NCBI GenBank assembly: GCA_964503465.1
Contig: CAZCYZ010000002.1
Span: 6,995-70,994 of the forward strand
Reading direction: 5' to 3'
From: an uncultured Gammaproteobacteria bacterium
GTDB taxonomy: Bacteria; Patescibacteriota; Microgenomatia; UBA12405
Length of the DNA: 64,000 nt
The notes under the pieces are model-generated. The model was not told where the DNA came from. It saw nothing but the letters and a program-made list of their open reading frames with translations, and ran no database searches. Both the position numbers and the translations under genes were made by a program. Shown piece after piece: positions 26,297-35,106 of this stretch; position 1 is the first letter of the stretch; each line of letters starts with the position of its first letter.

Positions 26297-28468
26297 CTAG
26301 GTCAGTTTTTTGCCCCAGCGTTCTCGGGAGATACGGATTAGCTTGTCGCGTTGTTGATTTTTGCAGGATAATGGCGGCAGGGTGACGGCATAGAAGGGGT
26401 TTTGAGTTTCGGAATCAACCGAGAGCTTGCAAATAATTTGGTATTTTCCAATTTTGACTAAATCTTCGGGGGGAAACTTGGGACCAAACTCTTTGGCCAG
26501 AATATAAGCATCCTGATTGCCAACGACAAAAGAAAGAATTGAGCCAACATTACCAAAAATAGCGTCTTGAATGGGGCGATCAAGCTGGGCCATGTATTGA
26601 TTGGCAACAATAAGATTAAGACGGAATTTGCGGGCTTCGGAAAGAATTTTGATAAAAGCGTCGGTGGCAAAGTTTTGAAATTCATCAACGTAAAGGTAAA
26701 AATCGGAACGTTCCTCCTGGGATTGGAAAACTCGGTTCATGGCGGCTAGCTGAATTTGGGTAATCAACATAGCACCAAGAAGGGCAGAGTTGTCCTCACC
26801 AAGTTTGCCAGTGCTTAAATCGGCGATAAGGATACGTTTGCTGTCCATAATTTCCTGAATTCGGACTTTGGATTTGGGGTGGGCGATAGTGTTGCGGATT
26901 CTGGTGGAGGAGACAAATTGGCCGACTTTGTTGAGGATTGGCTGGATGGCTTCGGACTGAAATTTTGGGTCCATACTGGCAAATTCGTGAGTCCAGAAGT
27001 TTTTGAGAGTTTGGTTTTGAAGGGTAGCGACCACTTGGTCGCGAAAAGTCCGGTGGGTGAGAATTTCGACAACATGGGTGAGGTCGGACCCGGGAGTGTT
27101 GACCAGGGTTAGAACGGTGTTGCGAAGAATATGTTCCAACCGTGGTCCCCAGGATACTTGACCATAGATTTTTTTGAAGATGGAAACAACACCCGAGGCG
27201 ACCAGCTCCCGTTGAGATTCGTTTTCGGCCTCAAGAACATTGAGGGGGTAAACATATTCGGGGTCAGCGGGGTTAAAGTAGCAACAATCGTTGATGCGGG
27301 AGGAGGGAATGTAGTCAAGAATAGTGTTGCAAAGATCACCGTGGGGGTCGATGATGGCCACACCTTTGCCTTTGCGAATATCATCAATGGCCATGTTGGC
27401 AATGAGAGTGGTTTTACCGGTACCGGATTTTCCAATAATATAGGTGTGGCGGCGGCGGTCTTCGCCATCTTTGATACCAAAAATAGTTTCTTTGTTTTTG
27501 AACTCGGTTTTGGCGAAAACAGTAATGCCTTGACGTTGCTCTTCGGTTAGTCCATCAATGATAGGGAGGTTCTCAGGAGGATCGGAATAAAGCTTTTTGC
27601 CCCAGGCAATGTTGGGAAGTTTAGTAAGGATACTGGGGAAGTGCCATAGGGCCGAAAGTTCTTCGGTGTTAAGGATTTGGGTTTGGAGGCCGGAGCGGAA
27701 ACGACGGTTTTGGATTGAGTCAAGAAGTTTTTTAGTGGTAAACATGCCTGGAGGGAGGTTTTTGACAAAATTTCCCCGGGGGGAGGTGTAAATGCCAAAG
27801 GATGAGGCAACCGAGGTGATTAGACCGGGGTTGTTGGAGAGAAGATTGATTTGGGTCAAAAGCCCGGGATATTGGACTTTTTGTTCAAAAACTTGTTTGT
27901 CGGGGTGGGATTGACGGTAACCCTTTTGGGCGTCGACGAGGATGCCGTTTTGGATAATGGAGATGATTGAGTTTTGCCAGTTTTTGGGGGCAGTGCCAAG
28001 AATTAGCTGGTAAAGGAAAAAATCGTTTTGGTTGGCGGAACGGGAGAGGGGAGCGAGAACGGAAACAAGCGGATCGGTATCGCGAAAATCACGAGCGGTC
28101 TTGAGAGGGTAGGAATAGGGACGGGAGAGGGCTAGTTGGGTGTAGGAAAAATTATTTACTGCGTCAATATTTAAATAGTCACCGACTTCGCGGGAGATGG
28201 CAGTGACGTATTGGGCTAGAATTTGGGAACGGAAGAATTCGGCCGAGGAGCGGGGGGTAACGACATAGAAGTGGATTTGGCCATTTTCCAGGGTAATTTC
28301 CAGTGATGCCACGGTAGGCCGGCGGCCTAAGATTTTGTCGATAAAGGAAGAGTGGGAGAACTGGGTAAAGTTACTAAGCAGTGAGGACATTGATTCGATG
28401 CTGAATTCATTGTCCTGGGGAAGACGGATTTCGAGGGTGGTGAAGGGGGATTCAACTAAATCGGGCAT
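26297..28468 (-). CDS. VirD4/TraD (T4SS coupling protein)-like or HerA-like P-loop ATPase
   Basis: DRRRHTYIIGKSGTGKT (Walker A), IIDPHGDL, WGPRLE.ILRN, LYVDEFQNF (Walker B), LSEARKFRL.L..ANQY..QL. Confidence 0.88.
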   Translation of the reverse strand: MPDLVESPFTTLEIRLPQDNEFSIESMSSLLSNFTQFSHSSFIDKILGRRPTVASLEITLENGQIHFYVVTPRSSAEFFRSQILAQYVTAISREVGDYLNIDAVNNFSYTQLALSRPYSYPLKTARDFRDTDPLVSVLAPLSRSANQNDFFLYQLILGTAPKNWQNSIISIIQNGILVDAQKGYRQSHPDKQVFEQKVQYPGLLTQINLLSNNPGLITSVASSFGIYTSPRGNFVKNLPPGMFTTKKLLDSIQNRRFRSGLQTQILNTEELSALWHFPSILTKLPNIAWGKKLYSDPPENLPIIDGLTEEQRQGITVFAKTEFKNKETIFGIKDGEDRRRHTYIIGKSGTGKTTLIANMAIDDIRKGKGVAIIDPHGDLCNTILDYIPSSRINDCCYFNPADPEYVYPLNVLEAENESQRELVASGVVSIFKKIYGQVSWGPRLEHILRNTVLTLVNTPGSDLTHVVEILTHRTFRDQVVATLQNQTLKNFWTHEFASMDPKFQSEAIQPILNKVGQFVSSTRIRNTIAHPKSKVRIQEIMDSKRILIADLSTGKLGEDNSALLGAMLITQIQLAAMNRVFQSQEERSDFYLYVDEFQNFATDAFIKILSEARKFRLNLIVANQYMAQLDRPIQDAIFGNVGSILSFVVGNQDAYILAKEFGPKFPPEDLVKIGKYQIICKLSVDSETQNPFYAVTLPPLSCKNQQRDKLIRISRERWGKKLT

Positions 28469-28635
28469 AGTTTCATTATAGTATAGAGGAAATGTTGGTT
28501 TCCAAGGGGCAAAGAAATGTTGATGTGTATTGGAGCTGTAGCTTTGGGTCTTGATTTTTGTGTCAGGCTCTGGTATTTTTGGTGTAAAAATTATGGGATT
28601 ACCCCTTAACTAATAGCGGTTAAGTAGGAGATTTC

Positions 28636-28800
28636 TATAATTATACTTCCCGATGTCGGCCAAAGCCTCATCGGGATGGCAAATCTGATGATTACATCAG
28701 GTTGCACATTAAAAACCCGAGAAACTTTCGTTTGTTTTATAGAGAAGAAGTGGGATTTAATTAGCCCCGATGTGGCATCGGGATTGATTAAATCCCACTT
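28636..28800 (+). other. Cluster of GATG/CATC-core inverted repeats (structured leader RNA or DNA palindromes)
   Basis: TATAAT/TATACT at 28636-28647, then hairpins at 28648-28676, 28679-28705 and a near-perfect 53-nt hairpin at 28748-28800. Confidence 0.6.
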
Positions 28801-28939
28801 TGTATAGTGTGGGTAAAAAGTTTTAGTCCCAATGAAAATTGGGAAGAAAGGAAGGCAACTAGGAGGAATACGGTTACACGTTCGTTCTTGGTGTTTTTTT
28901 TGACAATAAAAAAATTTCAGTGTGATAAGGAGAATTGTA

Positions 28940-29170
28940 ATGGCAGCCAAAACACAAGCTCAGAGGCGGTTGGCTCACTTGGAAGAGAGAGCCGAGGCAT
29001 TGGCGCGTAAGGGTAAAACGATGCCAGATAACGAGGTCGAAGAATTACAGACGTTGCGGGGCCAGGTGGGCGGGCGGCCTTTTGTGGCGGTCCAGCAGCG
29101 GGTCGGTTTGGGACGGCGTGATGTACGGTCTATGCCGATTGTGACGATTGAACGTGCGGGAGGGCGGTAA
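28940..29170 (+). CDS. Small basic hypothetical protein
   Basis: MAAKTQAQRR...; TAAGGAG Shine-Dalgarno upstream. Confidence 0.65.
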   Translation: MAAKTQAQRRLAHLEERAEALARKGKTMPDNEVEELQTLRGQVGGRPFVAVQQRVGLGRRDVRSMPIVTIERAGGR

Positions 29171-29171
29171 G

Positions 29172-29411
29172 ATGGCTCGCTTAGCGCGCTTCACACCTCC
29201 ACGGCGTATGCCTGGAGATCCTACGGCCTGTGAGGACCAGGGCGATGGTGCATGTGCTGGATGTGATGGCTTATCTGCGTGTCGAACCGCGAAGGGGTAC
29301 CCCGCAAGGAAGCCGGCAGATGAGCCAGCAGAGAGACCGATTGCTCCGCCGAGCGTTCAACGGGCGTCACTGGGCTCTCTCGCGTTTGAGGAAAAATATC
29401 GGCCTGAGTAG
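29172..29411 (+). CDS. Small hypothetical protein with 4 Cys
   Basis: MARLARF...CEDQGDGACAGCDGLSAC; GGAGG upstream, starts 2 nt after the previous stop. Confidence 0.65.
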   Translation: MARLARFTPPRRMPGDPTACEDQGDGACAGCDGLSACRTAKGYPARKPADEPAERPIAPPSVQRASLGSLAFEEKYRPE

Positions 29412-29456
29412 TGCCTGTCGAGCCTTGGTTAAGGGGGAATAAAAATTGATTATGAT

Positions 29457-29483
29457 GGGGACCTGGCAGTATACCAGGTCCCC
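29457..29483. other. Perfect 10-bp hairpin after the two-gene unit
   Basis: GGGGACCTGG-CAGTATA-CCAGGTCCCC; no adjacent U-tract, so not a canonical terminator. Confidence 0.6.
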
Positions 29484-29557
29484 GACCAAGGGTAAAAAAG
29501 CAAACAAAGTTTCTCGGGCAACAAAAAATTAAAATTATAAGTTTAGATTTAGAAAAA

Positions 29558-29812
29558 ATGTTTGGAAAATTTACAAAAGAAGCTGTTGAGGATGCCATAT
29601 TGGAAGCAGCTGCTAGAAATAGGTTAGTTAGAGGTGTGGTGGAAACTGTGACCGGGAGGGACTTGGTTGGTGGTTTGGGCTTGGTGCCACGAAGTGTTAG
29701 TAGACCAAGGCGACTAACTCCTGAGGAGGAAGCCAAGGTAGCTACTGCCTCTGGTGTTAATGGTCTAAGAAAACCGAGAAATTCGGCAAGATACCATCAA
29801 AATCAAGGATAA
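29558..29812 (+). CDS. Small basic hypothetical protein
   Basis: 84-aa ATG ORF after an A-rich leader. Confidence 0.55.
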   Translation: MFGKFTKEAVEDAILEAAARNRLVRGVVETVTGRDLVGGLGLVPRSVSRPRRLTPEEEAKVATASGVNGLRKPRNSARYHQNQG

Positions 29813-29842
29813 TATTATGTCATATCAATCTTGATTAAAAAA

Positions 29843-30121
29843 ATGCCAAGAGGATTGCCTGAGAGAAGGAGCGTTAGCAGAAGAGTTGAGGTTGGACGAA
29901 AGACGGGATTCGCAACTCCAGTAGGGGGTAGGCCGAGTAGTGACAGTCCTATGGGACAACAAGGGGGAGAGTGGGTTTGGCAACCGGGTGGTCATGATGC
30001 TGGTCCGAGGTCGCGAGTGCCGGAAAAAGGTTTACCGGCCCAACTTGGAGTAAAAATAGTGGACGAGGCGACAGGTGAAGTGACGGAATTTATTGAGGCC
30101 GAGATGGAGTTTAGGGGGTAA
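29843..30121 (+). CDS. Small hypothetical protein
   Basis: MPRGLPERR...; co-oriented with neighbours. Confidence 0.5.
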   Translation: MPRGLPERRSVSRRVEVGRKTGFATPVGGRPSSDSPMGQQGGEWVWQPGGHDAGPRSRVPEKGLPAQLGVKIVDEATGEVTEFIEAEMEFRG

Positions 30122-30129
30122 AATAGGAC

Positions 30130-30336
30130 ATGGGAAGGAAAGGGACGGCAAAGGAAATACCCCAAGAACAAGCCGTGCTTCCTGGATTTGCAAAGCCGGA
30201 ATTACCCAAGTTGCGGAAGAGGAAAGAGAAGAATGGTCGTTGTGGGCCGAAGAAACGTGCACCATCGACGACTGGATCGTTGTCCAAGAAGGATCTTGAG
30301 GATCCTAAGGCGAAGCTGTGGTGGTTGGATAAGTAA
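30130..30336 (+). CDS. Small Lys-rich hypothetical protein
   Basis: 68-aa ATG ORF starting 8 nt after the previous stop. Confidence 0.5.
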   Translation: MGRKGTAKEIPQEQAVLPGFAKPELPKLRKRKEKNGRCGPKKRAPSTTGSLSKKDLEDPKAKLWWLDK

Positions 30337-30363
30337 ATCATATCCTATATTCTTTTCTTACGG

Positions 30364-30488
30364 TTGACAAATACGCACTGATAGTGTATAAACTGCCATG
30401 TTGACAAAAGTGGCTTTTGGCCACAAAAAACAACATATTTTGGCCTCAAATGTCTAATTAGCTTAGACCTTGTTGGGGTCTTTTTTTT
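30364..30488 (+). promoter_or_regulatory. Promoter, leader peptide and terminator (candidate attenuator)
   Basis: TTGACA-N17-TATAAA; ORF 30398-30457 MLTKVAFGHKKQHILASNV; AGACCT/GGGTCT hairpin plus T8; competing GTCTAA/TTAGAC pairing. Confidence 0.55.
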
Positions 30489-30758
30489 GGCTTAAAAACC
30501 AAAAGGCACTTTAACAAGCAGACAAAGATAATAATATCTCCCACACTTGAGGAAAATTTTAGAGATTTCTTGAGGTGTGGGAGATAAAGGTTTCTCCAGA
30601 AGATTGATATGATGTGTGAATGCCGAACCGAAAATAAAAACCGAGCTGTCAGAACATTCTCGAGGCCTCTGGTCTCGTCCTTGCAAGTTGAGGATCAATG
30701 AAAGGGAATCAGTCTGATTGTGTAGGTTCGAAAATAGGAGAGGTGGAAGGAGGCTAAG

Positions 30759-32129
30759 ATGGCTAAGAGTGATAGAATGTTGCTTCGTGATGCGGTCAAA
30801 AAGGGCCTGATTACTATGGCTGAGCGTGATGCGATTTTGGCCGAAACCGACCCGGCGAAGTATGCGTCGTCGATGGATTCTGTTGAACAAGAACTTCGGG
30901 CTGCGTCTCCATTTGGGCAGTTATCCAACACGGTGAGCACGCTGTTTTCGGCCAGCATGAGTATCGGTGGTCGAGATGTGCCCGTGTGGATTGTCGTAGG
31001 CCTTGTGGTTTTGGTGCTGGCCACTGGTGGTGTTCGCTTGGCCGCGGGCTCGATTAAGCTGGGAGATGTTGTCCTGCCGGTGGTAAGTCCAGAAACTGTG
31101 GCAAATTGGCTGACGATTGGTGACACTCCGATTCCTGTGAGTGCCCTGCCGACCCGTGGCTGGGTTGGCCCGATGCTCGTTGGATGGGCGATGGCGGTGG
31201 TGGCGGTGTTGTTTTCGATTCCCGCCCTGTTGTCGGTGGCCGATAACTTGGCCCCGCGTCCAAACCAGGGCTCCAACCTGTTAGGGGTGGTGTCCTTGGT
31301 GTGCTTCGTGCTGTCCTGGTGGTTGTGGTCAGTATGGTCGGTTATTTTGATGACCATCGCCGTGGTCTTTGCACAACGCCGCCGAGACGGGCAAAACATG
31401 CGCCTTTCGTCGGGATTGTTTATGGTGGTCTTGGTGCTGTGGGTGTGGTTTGATATCGTCGGCCCGGCAGTTAACGCCTTTGCGTCGAGCCTCGACCCGA
31501 ATAACCCACTGGTGGCTTGGATTCCGCAGGTCATCGCCTTGATTACCACCGGAGACAACATCCGCTGGGCAATGTCGGTGATTTTGTTCGGGGCACTGAT
31601 TGTCAGCGTCTTCACCCCGGAAAAGGATTCGTCGACGCTCATTGGGTTTGGGGCGCTGTGGTTGCTTTGGGCTCTTGTGTCTGGCGGCGTGCTTCTGGGA
31701 TTTGAACTGGTCACCTGGATGCCTTTCTGGGTATTCTGGGTTGCACTGGCGGTTGTCGTTCTGGCGATTGTGGTCGAGCTGTATCAGACCAGCACGTTAC
31801 CCATGATTATCGCCTTGGCTGTGGCCTATGGCCTCAGTTATGCGGTGACGTATCTTCTCCGCGACCAGCCGTGGTGGCCAGCCTCTGACTTCGCTCGGAT
31901 TCTAACTGAGCCGGTGGTGGTGGTCTATACCATCGTGCTGGCGGTTGGCGGCCTGATCAATATGGCCTTTGTTTCGAAGAACAAGGCCATTATGGATTTC
32001 TATAAGCTCGCCGGTAATTGGATGGGAGCGTTTGTCCCGCTTGGCCCCTTCCAGGTTCCTGCGGATGCGCTGACAGCGACCAACTTAGCAGTGGCCGTTT
32101 GGTTGGTCACTAACTACATGATGAAATAG
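30759..32129 (+). CDS. Polytopic membrane protein of unknown function
   Basis: 456 aa with many hydrophobic helices; AAGGAGG Shine-Dalgarno. Confidence 0.85.
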   Translation: MAKSDRMLLRDAVKKGLITMAERDAILAETDPAKYASSMDSVEQELRAASPFGQLSNTVSTLFSASMSIGGRDVPVWIVVGLVVLVLATGGVRLAAGSIKLGDVVLPVVSPETVANWLTIGDTPIPVSALPTRGWVGPMLVGWAMAVVAVLFSIPALLSVADNLAPRPNQGSNLLGVVSLVCFVLSWWLWSVWSVILMTIAVVFAQRRRDGQNMRLSSGLFMVVLVLWVWFDIVGPAVNAFASSLDPNNPLVAWIPQVIALITTGDNIRWAMSVILFGALIVSVFTPEKDSSTLIGFGALWLLWALVSGGVLLGFELVTWMPFWVFWVALAVVVLAIVVELYQTSTLPMIIALAVAYGLSYAVTYLLRDQPWWPASDFARILTEPVVVVYTIVLAVGGLINMAFVSKNKAIMDFYKLAGNWMGAFVPLGPFQVPADALTATNLAVAVWLVTNYMMK

Positions 32130-32138
32130 GAGGAAGTG

Positions 32139-32459
32139 ATGAAAATGCACTTGGTTTTGTTCTTGTTGTTAATGGCTCTCCTGCTAACTGGCTGCGGCGA
32201 AGATAGCCGGCCGTTGGTGGCAGGTGAGAACCCTGTTACGGTGGAGACTGTAACAGAGGAAATTAACGAAGCGGCGGATAAGGTCGAAGAGACTGCTCCG
32301 GCGGTTCAACAACTGTGGGAGGCGATAAAGGGCTTCTTTGATGCCTTGCCTGACATCGAACTGTTTGACACTGGCGATATCGAGGAATACCGTCAGGAGA
32401 TTCAGGGTACTGGGCAACAAGAAGTGACCCCCACACCAACACCTTCGGGTGGTGAATAG
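32139..32459 (+). CDS. Acidic lipoprotein
   Basis: MKMHLVLFLLLMALLLTGC lipobox; AGGAGG overlaps the previous stop. Confidence 0.8.
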   Translation: MKMHLVLFLLLMALLLTGCGEDSRPLVAGENPVTVETVTEEINEAADKVEETAPAVQQLWEAIKGFFDALPDIELFDTGDIEEYRQEIQGTGQQEVTPTPTPSGGE

Positions 32460-32468
32460 GAGGCTCGA

Positions 32469-33380
32469 ATGAGTATCGTAATGTGGTTATTTGTCATGGC
32501 TCTGGTGGCATTTGTTTGGTTGAAGTTTGACCCAATAACTCACTACTGGAACTGGGTGGCAACTAGAGCCCACAGTATGAAGACATCAACAAATTATGTG
32601 CGCCTGACTGATGCTGTGGTGGTGTCGGTGCACATGTTGTTGTGGGTTGGCGTGCCATCTGCTCTCTTCATGTCACCTCCGACTCAGTTGACCGTGGCAA
32701 TGGGGTTGCCCGACAAGGCGTCCGACCTTTGGTTCTGGACACTGTGGTTTGTTGTGGCGTTGGTGGGCGACACCCTCATTGTTAGCGGCATGATGCTGCT
32801 TTGGGGGCAACTGACCGGAGCGAGGGCAATGCTCCTGCGCCGAGTGTCGCCGTTGGTGAGCCGTCTGGTGATGTTTGTGTTAATGCTGGCACTGCTGGGG
32901 TTGGTGTACCAGGCTGCAAAGTTTTGCTTGGCGGCCATCTTGGCGGCGTCTCCAAGGACACCGAACTATGACGTCATCAACCTGTTTATGGCAATCCTTG
33001 GGGTAATACTGGCAGGCTTAGCCGTGAACGCACCGGTGGCGGCCATTGAGTTAGAGGGACTGACGGACCAGCTCGAAGAGCTTGAGAAGGCTGCCTTCCG
33101 AATCATGACTATCCGACAGATGGTTGCCAGTGGCCAGTATCGACTGCCGGCCGTCACGCCAGTAGATGGGATGCTACGAGTTCCCCAGGACCGAATGCGC
33201 AAGTTGTTAGCTGGCGCTGACTCGAGTACTCGCTCAGTTTTGGCCACAATGGCTGGACAAGGGCTTCTCTTGACGGATCCGGACTATCGGCATTTGTACA
33301 TCGACAGAACCCGAGCAGGTACTGACTTGCAGGTAATCAATGTCGAAGAGGATGGTCCTGGATTGCTTCGGCGACGATAA
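32469..33380 (+). CDS. Membrane protein (about 5 TM) with soluble C-terminal domain
   Basis: Hydrophobic N-terminal two thirds, short coiled coil, then soluble tail; AGGAGG overlaps the previous stop. Confidence 0.82.
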   Translation: MSIVMWLFVMALVAFVWLKFDPITHYWNWVATRAHSMKTSTNYVRLTDAVVVSVHMLLWVGVPSALFMSPPTQLTVAMGLPDKASDLWFWTLWFVVALVGDTLIVSGMMLLWGQLTGARAMLLRRVSPLVSRLVMFVLMLALLGLVYQAAKFCLAAILAASPRTPNYDVINLFMAILGVILAGLAVNAPVAAIELEGLTDQLEELEKAAFRIMTIRQMVASGQYRLPAVTPVDGMLRVPQDRMRKLLAGADSSTRSVLATMAGQGLLLTDPDYRHLYIDRTRAGTDLQVINVEEDGPGLLRRR

Positions 33381-33391
33381 GGAGGTGCGAA

Positions 33392-34831
33392 ATGTCCTCA
33401 AGACATAGAGCGCCACCGGCAGAACAAAAAGAACCGCCACCCGGTTGGGTTAAGACCGTGAGTTTTGTTTTATTGGTAGTTTTACTGGGTGTGGTTTGGT
33501 ACATTGGGCCGCAGGCCTTGCTCGAGAAAGAATCCGAACAAGACATGTGGTTGCTAGCCCAGACAAATTGTTTCTCGCTTGAGGGGCAGGTCCAGGTGGG
33601 GGAGAATTATTCCCTGGACTTGGCTCGGGCTCAAGATTTTTGCCAAATGACATTGGCACTGCTTGAGCCTGATCCGGAGAGTGACACTCCATTAGCACGG
33701 CTGAAATATCTAGGGGAATTAATATGGGGAGTGACTTTCCGGCCCCTCTGGGAGAGCTTGTTTGTTGGCGGAGCCGACGGTTACTGGGAACAGTGGCGCC
33801 AAGACTACGTCGATAGACTTGCTCTCCAAAGAGAGTCAAGAGAGTTGGCAGGCTCTTCTGCTCTCCCATCTGTAGTGGACCACTCCGGGGAGGTTCGTGA
33901 GGACGGAGTCAACCCTTCGTATGAAGCCGTGGTTCAGGAGGCAATGGCTCTTGAGGCTGAGTACGGAATCCCCATGGAGTACGTCTTGAGTGCATGCAGG
34001 TATGACTCAGGCGGACTACGACAATGGGAACTGGACGGAAGTATCGTCCAAGGGCATAACCCGTCCTCGACGGACTGGGGTATGTGTCAGGTTAATGACT
34101 ACTGGAATGCCGATCTGGTGTCCCAGTTTGATCTGACCAACCCCGAGTCACCCTGGCAGGACAATTTGCGAGCCGGATTTATAGTTATGAATCGCCAATG
34201 CTGGAGTCAGTTCTCTGATCTGGCTGACGGTCCAGTAATGGCCCGCAATTTGTTCGGTTGCTACAACGGCTCAGGCCCTGACGGCTTATACGCCGACAGA
34301 GCAATGGCTGTTTATGAGACGGCCTTTTGGGAGCCAATTGTGGCTGACCTAGAGGATGAGGCCAGGGAACAAGAAGAGCTGGTAGCGGATGAAACGAGAA
34401 GGACAGAGGAAGCCGTGAGTGGCGACACCTCGTCCCCGCAGGGCATAAGCCCGGTGGAAGGACCTTGGGTGCAAACTCAAGGTGATCATAATGGCACCGG
34501 AGCGGTAGATATTGGGATTGCGGGAAATCCGTGTCCTGACACTGACCCTCACTATAACATTTCAACCATCAATGGAACTGTATCTGTTGTTGGGGGTTAC
34601 AACAACATCGTGATGGTTGAAAACGCTCGGTATCGAGTTGAATACTGGCACAACTATGAAATATTGGTTGATGACAATACCAGTGCGAACCAGGGCGATA
34701 GAATTGCCATTATGGGACAGACGGGGAACACCACTTGGACGGCTGGATGCAACGGAGTGCATCTCCACTATGTCATTTACGACAAGTTATTGGGACAGTA
34801 CGTATCGGCCCAAACTTGGATTGTTCCGTGA
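33392..34831 (+). CDS. Membrane-anchored peptidoglycan hydrolase: SLT/lysozyme-like plus M23 peptidase domains
   Basis: N-terminal TM; EYGIP..YV.S..RYDSG, DWGMCQVN, N.RAG, CYN.SG, YA (SLT); H...AVDI, YWH, GD.IA.MGQTGN, HLHY (M23); TAAGGAGGTG SD. Confidence 0.82.
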   Translation: MSSRHRAPPAEQKEPPPGWVKTVSFVLLVVLLGVVWYIGPQALLEKESEQDMWLLAQTNCFSLEGQVQVGENYSLDLARAQDFCQMTLALLEPDPESDTPLARLKYLGELIWGVTFRPLWESLFVGGADGYWEQWRQDYVDRLALQRESRELAGSSALPSVVDHSGEVREDGVNPSYEAVVQEAMALEAEYGIPMEYVLSACRYDSGGLRQWELDGSIVQGHNPSSTDWGMCQVNDYWNADLVSQFDLTNPESPWQDNLRAGFIVMNRQCWSQFSDLADGPVMARNLFGCYNGSGPDGLYADRAMAVYETAFWEPIVADLEDEAREQEELVADETRRTEEAVSGDTSSPQGISPVEGPWVQTQGDHNGTGAVDIGIAGNPCPDTDPHYNISTINGTVSVVGGYNNIVMVENARYRVEYWHNYEILVDDNTSANQGDRIAIMGQTGNTTWTAGCNGVHLHYVIYDKLLGQYVSAQTWIVP

Positions 34832-34835
34832 CCAT

Positions 34836-35103
34836 GCAGGTAGTTCCAGGCTTACCTGTTAACACAATTTAGACCCGCTAGTTGTAATGGGTCAGAAAAT
34901 CTTGAGATCAGAAACTGCAGAGATGCGTTTCACGACCAAGGACTCGACTAAACGAGAATAAAAATTAGTAGCGCCGAGACACGAGGGAACCGTGTCTCTG
35001 GATCGGAAGATTCTTTGTCTGCGACCGCACGTTGCAGTCACATTTATTACTTCCGGTCCCCTTCAAGGGACCGGCCAAGGAATAAGTGACAAGCGACGTG
35101 TGG
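34836..35103 (+). ncRNA. Highly structured 3' trailer (hairpin series ending in a long rod)
   Basis: GCAGGTA/TACCTGT, GACCC/GGGTC, GAAAC/GTTTC, GAGACACG/CGTGTCTC, and a rod at 35025-35103 (CCGCACGTTGC/GCGACGTGTGG, GTCAC/GTGAC, TTATT/AATAA, CCGGTCCC/GGGACCGG). Confidence 0.6.
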
Positions 35104-35106
35104 GAT

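Noticed and set aside
28685-28725. CTGATGA...GAAA as a second hammerhead
   Set aside because: No purine-started stem II or matching stems I and III; the CTGATG is paired in its own hairpin.
30695-31714. 339-aa antisense ORF overlapping the membrane protein gene
   Set aside because: Shadow ORF expected opposite a GC-rich hydrophobic gene; Thr/Ser-rich with no motif, whereas the + strand has an SD and operon coupling.
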